Positions 59,651 through 64,000 of a stretch of 64,000 nt of DNA are shown here, piece after piece. The notes under the pieces were generated by a model that searched no databases, was not told the origin of the DNA, and saw only the letters and a list, made by a program, of their open reading frames with translations. A program made the translations under genes and the position numbers. The stretch is from assembly GCA_965248575.1 (NCBI GenBank), contig CBDFJQ010000002.1:3328001-3392000 (forward strand), given 5' to 3'. The stretch's first letter is position 1. The number at the start of each line of letters is the position of its first letter. Origin of the DNA: Planctomycetota bacterium. GTDB taxonomy: Bacteria > Planctomycetota > B15-G4.

Positions 59651-61306
59651 TCAGGCCTGCAGGACTCCGGTTCGGAAGGGAGGCACGTCGGTGTTGTGGG
59701 CAGCTGCCGTCAGCGCCTTGATCAACACCTCGCGCGTGTCCTGCGGACCGATGATCCCGTCCACCCAGAGGCGGGCCGCAGCATGGCGCGGGTCCAGGGC
59801 CTTCGTGTAGGTCTTCTTGGTGTCGCGCATGAGCTTCTTGTGGATCTCCTCGTCCACCTCTTGGCCGGCCTTGCGCATCTGGGACTCGCGGATCTGCACC
59901 AGCACCTTGGCCGCGGCGTCGCCGCTCATGACGGCGTAACGGGCTGAGGGCCAGGCAAACAGGAAGCGCGGGTCGTAGGCCTTGCCGCACATGGCGTAGT
60001 GCCCGGCGCCAAAGGAGCCACCCATGATGATCGAGATCTTGGGGACCACTGAGTTGCTCACGGCGTTGACCATCTTCGCACCTGCGCGAATGATGCCCGC
60101 CTGCTCGGACTCAGTGCCCACCATGAAGCCATTGACGTCGTGCAGGAACACGAGCGGGATCAGGTTCTGGTTGCAGTCCATGATGAAGCGCGCAGCCTTT
60201 TCGGCGCTCTCCACATAGATCACGCCGCCGAACTCCACTCCCCGCTTCTTGTTCTTGGCGTTGATGCGTTGGTTGGCCACGATGCCCACTGACCATCCGC
60301 CGATGCGGGCGAAGCCGGTCACCAGGGTCTGGCCGTACTTCGGGCGGTATTCATCGAAGTCCGAGTCGTCGACCACGCGCGCGATCACCTCGCGCACGTC
60401 GTAGGCCTTCTTGCCGTCGGCGGGCACGAGCCCGGCCAGCTCGTCGATATCAAAACGGGGCTGGCGCGGACGCCGGCGATCGAACACGGGTGCAGGCGGT
60501 GGCCCGAAGCGGTCGACCAGGGAGCGGATCCGTGCGATGCAGGCCTCGTCGTCCGTCTCGTGGAAGTCCACGGTGCCGCTGGTCTCGCTGTGCATCGTGG
60601 CCCCACCCAGTTCTTCCGGGTCGGCCTCCTGCCCGATGGCAGCCTTCACCAGGGCGGGCCCGGCCAGGAACATGCCGGAGCCCTCGGTCATCAGGATCGT
60701 GTCGCACATCACGGGCAGATACGCCCCACCAGCAACGCAGGCACCCATGATGGCCGCCACCTGGGGCACACCCATGGCGGAGAGCACCGCGTTGTGACGG
60801 AACACCCGGCCAAAGTCGTCCTCGTCCGGGAACACCTCCTCTTGGAGCGGGAGGAACACGCCCGCTGAGTCCACGAGGTAGATGACGGGCAAGCGGTTCT
60901 CGATGGCCATGCGCTGGGCGCGAATGACCTTCTTGCAGGTCATGGGGAAGAACGCCCCTGCCTTCACCGTGGCATCGTTCGCGATGATGATGAACTGGCG
61001 ACCTTGAACCGTGCCTAGGCCCGTGACCACGCCAGCGGACGGAACACCGCCCCACTCCTCGTACATCTCCCAGGCCGCAAAGAGACCGAACTCCAGGAGG
61101 TCGGTGTCCTTGTCGAGCAACAGGCCGATGCGCTCCCTGGCGGTGAGCCGGCCTTTGGAGTGTTGACGGGCGATGGCTTTCTTGCCGCCACCCTGTTCAA
61201 GCAACGCCCGCTGTTCGGCGTAGAGCTTGAGCAACTGCGCGTAGACATTGCGGGCCGCGCGGGCCGCCTTGTCCTTCGCGATGTACTCAGAGGTCAGTCG
61301 AGTCAT
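59651..61306 (-). CDS. Acyl-CoA carboxylase carboxyltransferase subunit (methylcrotonyl-CoA carboxylase beta-like)
   Basis: GRLTARERI, ANDATVKAG, GACVAGGAY, LGGATMH, GFMVG, GSFGAGHYAMCG motifs; next to HMG-CoA lyase. Confidence 0.9.
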   Translation of the reverse strand: MTRLTSEYIAKDKAARAARNVYAQLLKLYAEQRALLEQGGGKKAIARQHSKGRLTARERIGLLLDKDTDLLEFGLFAAWEMYEEWGGVPSAGVVTGLGTVQGRQFIIIANDATVKAGAFFPMTCKKVIRAQRMAIENRLPVIYLVDSAGVFLPLQEEVFPDEDDFGRVFRHNAVLSAMGVPQVAAIMGACVAGGAYLPVMCDTILMTEGSGMFLAGPALVKAAIGQEADPEELGGATMHSETSGTVDFHETDDEACIARIRSLVDRFGPPPAPVFDRRRPRQPRFDIDELAGLVPADGKKAYDVREVIARVVDDSDFDEYRPKYGQTLVTGFARIGGWSVGIVANQRINAKNKKRGVEFGGVIYVESAEKAARFIMDCNQNLIPLVFLHDVNGFMVGTESEQAGIIRAGAKMVNAVSNSVVPKISIIMGGSFGAGHYAMCGKAYDPRFLFAWPSARYAVMSGDAAAKVLVQIRESQMRKAGQEVDEEIHKKLMRDTKKTYTKALDPRHAAARLWVDGIIGPQDTREVLIKALTAAAHNTDVPPFRTGVLQA

Positions 61307-61356
61307 GGGCCGCGCATTGTGGCCTCAGCGCTCGAAGAAGTGAAGACGGGGGCTTT

Positions 61357-62595
61357 TCAGCCGACGGCGGCGACCTGAGGCCGGGTGTCCCGCACCTCGA
61401 CCACGCGCACGGGCCTACCATCGAAGGCCAAGCTGAGTTGATGCGGTTCGAGCAGGATCGAGAGCTTCAGCACAGCCGCGGGATCAGCGGCGCGAGCGGC
61501 GGCGAGAGTGAGGCCTTCCAGCAGGCCCGCTTGCACCCGGTCTTCGAGGCCGGGATGCACTGAAAGGCCCGCCAAGGCCCTCCAAAGGGGTGAGAGCTGG
61601 CTGCAGAGCTCTCCCAGACGTCCACACCCAGCAGGCAACTCCACCTGGATCAGGTCGTTCCCCTGCTGAGCTCGCAGCTCCTCTGGGATGCTCATGTCGA
61701 AGCACAGGCGGAGCTCATCGGGGCCCAGGAAGGCACCGTCACAGTGCTGGGCAAGGCGCCGGTTCACGCCCTGATCGACAGCCGGCCAACCCACCCCAGG
61801 CCGGCTTCCCTGTCGCCAGGAAATGCTCAATCCGTCGGAATCGGAATCGACCCGGGCTTCCGCGTGTGCGGGGACCTGGGCTGCCAGGGCCTCGGACAAG
61901 CCTTGGGTGTCCGCTTCCGCCAACGCCCAGCGGGCCGGGTACGTCAGCTTGACGAGCTGCTTCCCGCGCTTGGCTCGACGGAAGAAGAAGCCTCGCACGA
62001 TGACCGAAAGATCCACGAGCAACACATCAAAGCCACCGCAGCGAGACAGGTGTTCGCAATACACCTGGTCAAGGTAGAGCCGGTCGGCAAGGCGGTTGAA
62101 GAAAACCTCGTCGACCTCGCCTCGATCCACCCGAGTCGCGAATCCGATCAAGCCTGGCTTCACGCCGCTCACGCGAGCTTCCAGGGTCGGCCAGCGCCGC
62201 TTGAGCGCGTCCAGGAACCCTGCCGATGAGGCTCGCGGGCCCACCAGACTCATGTAGCCCATGAGGACGCTCAACAGTTGCGGGAAACGCTCCAGGCCCG
62301 TGCCCACCAGCAGACCACCGATGGCCGTCCGCTCGCCTGTCAGCCGCCGCACCCGGAACGTCCGAAGCCGAAAGGGCATCCCCAGCACATCGTGCAGCCG
62401 GCGGGTGCTCCCATCGTCACCGCGCGACGCCCGGCGTTCGCGGCCCACGAACAGCTCCTTGCAGAAGACGGGTCCACGGGACTCGAGTTTGATGAGCAGT
62501 GCAATCAGCGGCAGCAGCGGCAGCAGCACCGCCAGGCCGAGCAGGGAGACCGTCAGATCCAGGGCACGCTTGGCGAATCGCGTCTTGGGGGACAT
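61357..62595 (-). CDS. Degenerate bacterial sugar (phosphoglycosyl) transferase fused to an extra C-terminal domain
   Basis: KRALDL...IKLESRGPVF...MSLVGPR...VKPGLIG framework; DELPQ is replaced by ERFPQ and KFRTM by TFRVR. Confidence 0.75.
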   Translation of the reverse strand: MSPKTRFAKRALDLTVSLLGLAVLLPLLPLIALLIKLESRGPVFCKELFVGRERRASRGDDGSTRRLHDVLGMPFRLRTFRVRRLTGERTAIGGLLVGTGLERFPQLLSVLMGYMSLVGPRASSAGFLDALKRRWPTLEARVSGVKPGLIGFATRVDRGEVDEVFFNRLADRLYLDQVYCEHLSRCGGFDVLLVDLSVIVRGFFFRRAKRGKQLVKLTYPARWALAEADTQGLSEALAAQVPAHAEARVDSDSDGLSISWRQGSRPGVGWPAVDQGVNRRLAQHCDGAFLGPDELRLCFDMSIPEELRAQQGNDLIQVELPAGCGRLGELCSQLSPLWRALAGLSVHPGLEDRVQAGLLEGLTLAAARAADPAAVLKLSILLEPHQLSLAFDGRPVRVVEVRDTRPQVAAVG

Positions 62596-63290
62596 GGCGG
62601 TCGAACTCCGGCGGGGCGCCAGCCCTCTCGTCGGGGCCTCTGGGGCCCTCTATCGGCACGTCCGGACGTCCCGCTTGACGCTTCACCACCTGGCAGCGGG
62701 CTTGGGCTCCCGCTCGGAACCGCGGGAGATGTCTCCCGAGACATGGGTTGCTCCCGATAGGCAGCCACGAACCGACGCGCTCGGTAGAGGCGCACCCGAA
62801 GTGCCGAAGGACTGAGGCCTGAGAAGCGGCACAGAAGGGCCTGCTTGAACCCGCGACCGTAATGGAGTTCCAGCAACAGCCGCTGGTGGGCGGGCAGTCC
62901 CATGAACCCCGCCAGCTCACCCCATCCCCCCTGAGAGCCGTCCTGCTCACTCCTCTGGGATTCTGACCCCATCCCCCCATCAGGGCCCTGATTCGCTGCC
63001 CCGTGGCTGTCCGCGGCCCACTCCTCCGCCTCCTCCGGCATGCTGGCCCAGACCCCTCTCCGAACCCGCCGGGAACGCACATGGTCAATGGCCGCGTGCC
63101 GACAGATCCGGAACAGCCAGGCCTCGGCCCGGCCATCGGACCGCAGGCGGGCCCGTGGTGCCCGGGCCCTCAGCATCACGTCTTGCACGATGTCCTCAGC
63201 CTCGTGTGCGTCTTTGACGAACCGTCTCGCGAAGGCCACCAACCGACGCCGCATGCTCGCCTGCATCCAAACCTCCTTCTCATTACCCAT
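62553..63290 (-). CDS. ECF RNA polymerase sigma factor
   Basis: EAEDIVQDV, WLFRICRHAAIDHVR (sigma2); LPAHQRLLLELHY...ALRVRLYRAR (sigma4); Pro/Gly tail overlaps the next gene by 43 nt. Confidence 0.85.
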   Translation of the reverse strand: MGNEKEVWMQASMRRRLVAFARRFVKDAHEAEDIVQDVMLRARAPRARLRSDGRAEAWLFRICRHAAIDHVRSRRVRRGVWASMPEEAEEWAADSHGAANQGPDGGMGSESQRSEQDGSQGGWGELAGFMGLPAHQRLLLELHYGRGFKQALLCRFSGLSPSALRVRLYRARRFVAAYREQPMSRETSPAVPSGSPSPLPGGEASSGTSGRADRGPQRPRREGWRPAGVRPPCPPRRDSPSVPWI

Positions 63291-63423
63291 GCCCGGACCC
63301 TCCCCTGGTGTGATCTCCGCGTGCTGACCCGGGCCACCAACACGTGTTGGCCGCGCCCTCTCGAAGGACGGGCCAGATGCCAGGCACCAGGCCGGAGTCA
63401 CAGGGCGATTGAAGCGGAAGGGG

Positions 63424-64000
63424 TCAGCGCCTGGCGGGTGCGCGACCCAACGCGTCAATGTCCGCCATGATGGCGCTGGAGAAAGCCTCGTCAGCGCCAC
63501 GTCCAGCGGGGAACTCACTCCGCAAGCGGGACGCACCCGAACGGATCGTGATGACTCCTGACCGCAGGCGCGCACTCCCTTTGAGCAGCACCTCGCGCGT
63601 CCCACCGATGTGAATCGGCACCACGGGGGCGCCGGACATGCGCGCCAACCACGCCATGCCGGGCTGAGCCGGTTGCTGCTCACCGTCAGGCGAAATGGTG
63701 CCCTCCGGGAAGATCGCCAGGGCCTTCCCCGCGTCGAGAACCCGCTTGCCCAGCCGCAGGGCGCGTCGGTTCTCGGCCCCGGTCTCGACCGGGATGCAGC
63801 GCGACATGCTGTACATCCAGTTCAGATGGGGCATGTCGTAATACTTGGCATGCATCATGAAGATGATGCGCCGGTTCTCCAGCGTGCCGAGCACGATGGG
63901 GTCCAAGAAGGAGCGGTGGTTGGGAGCCAGGATCACAGGGCCTTCCGGGAAGGGGCCCAGGTCCGCGCGACTCGTGTGGAACACGGTGCGCATCCCCAAG
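63424..64000 (-). CDS. Lysophospholipid acyltransferase (PlsC family), 5' end outside the window
   Basis: NHRSFLD, IFPEGT, PVVPIHI motifs. Confidence 0.9.
   Translation of the reverse strand, partial: LGMRTVFHTSRADLGPFPEGPVILAPNHRSFLDPIVLGTLENRRIIFMMHAKYYDMPHLNWMYSMSRCIPVETGAENRRALRLGKRVLDAGKALAIFPEGTISPDGEQQPAQPGMAWLARMSGAPVVPIHIGGTREVLLKGSARLRSGVITIRSGASRLRSEFPAGRGADEAFSSAIMADIDALGRAPARR

Overview
High-GC bacterial chromosomal segment, most likely from a planctomycete (inferred from the L28 type, the purA-uppS-cdsA-phoH-ybeY cluster, a Hanks kinase, ECF sigma factors and sulfatase-like proteins). About 50 genes. Housekeeping: fusA, rho, rpmB, purA, uppS, cdsA, phoH, ybeY, lptF/G-like, glnA, mutS, rlmI-like. 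Metabolic: the start of the aerobic benzoyl-CoA (box) pathway (boxC and divergent boxR), futalosine menaquinone genes mqnB/mqnD, leucine/acetoacetate catabolism genes, a divergent GH2 / YetA-PcRGLX-like glycan pair, a Cu+ P1B ATPase and a di-haem cytochrome c. There are two ECF sigma modules. No rRNA, tRNA, CRISPR array or transposase was seen. Most unusual signals: (1) an ECF sigma gene overlapping a phosphoglycosyl-transferase homologue that has lost its catalytic Asp-Glu dyad and carries an extra C-terminal domain; (2) an anti-sigma/vWA protein whose linker has four LxxLGY motifs, the motif that ends the sulfatase-like protein in this window; (3) a PII protein lacking the uridylylated T-loop Tyr, upstream of glnA; (4) a miniaturised, apparently inactive sulfatase-fold gene coupled to mqnB; (5) a four-hairpin leader before an unrecognised secreted protein. 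All family calls come from motif recognition by eye; no database search was run.
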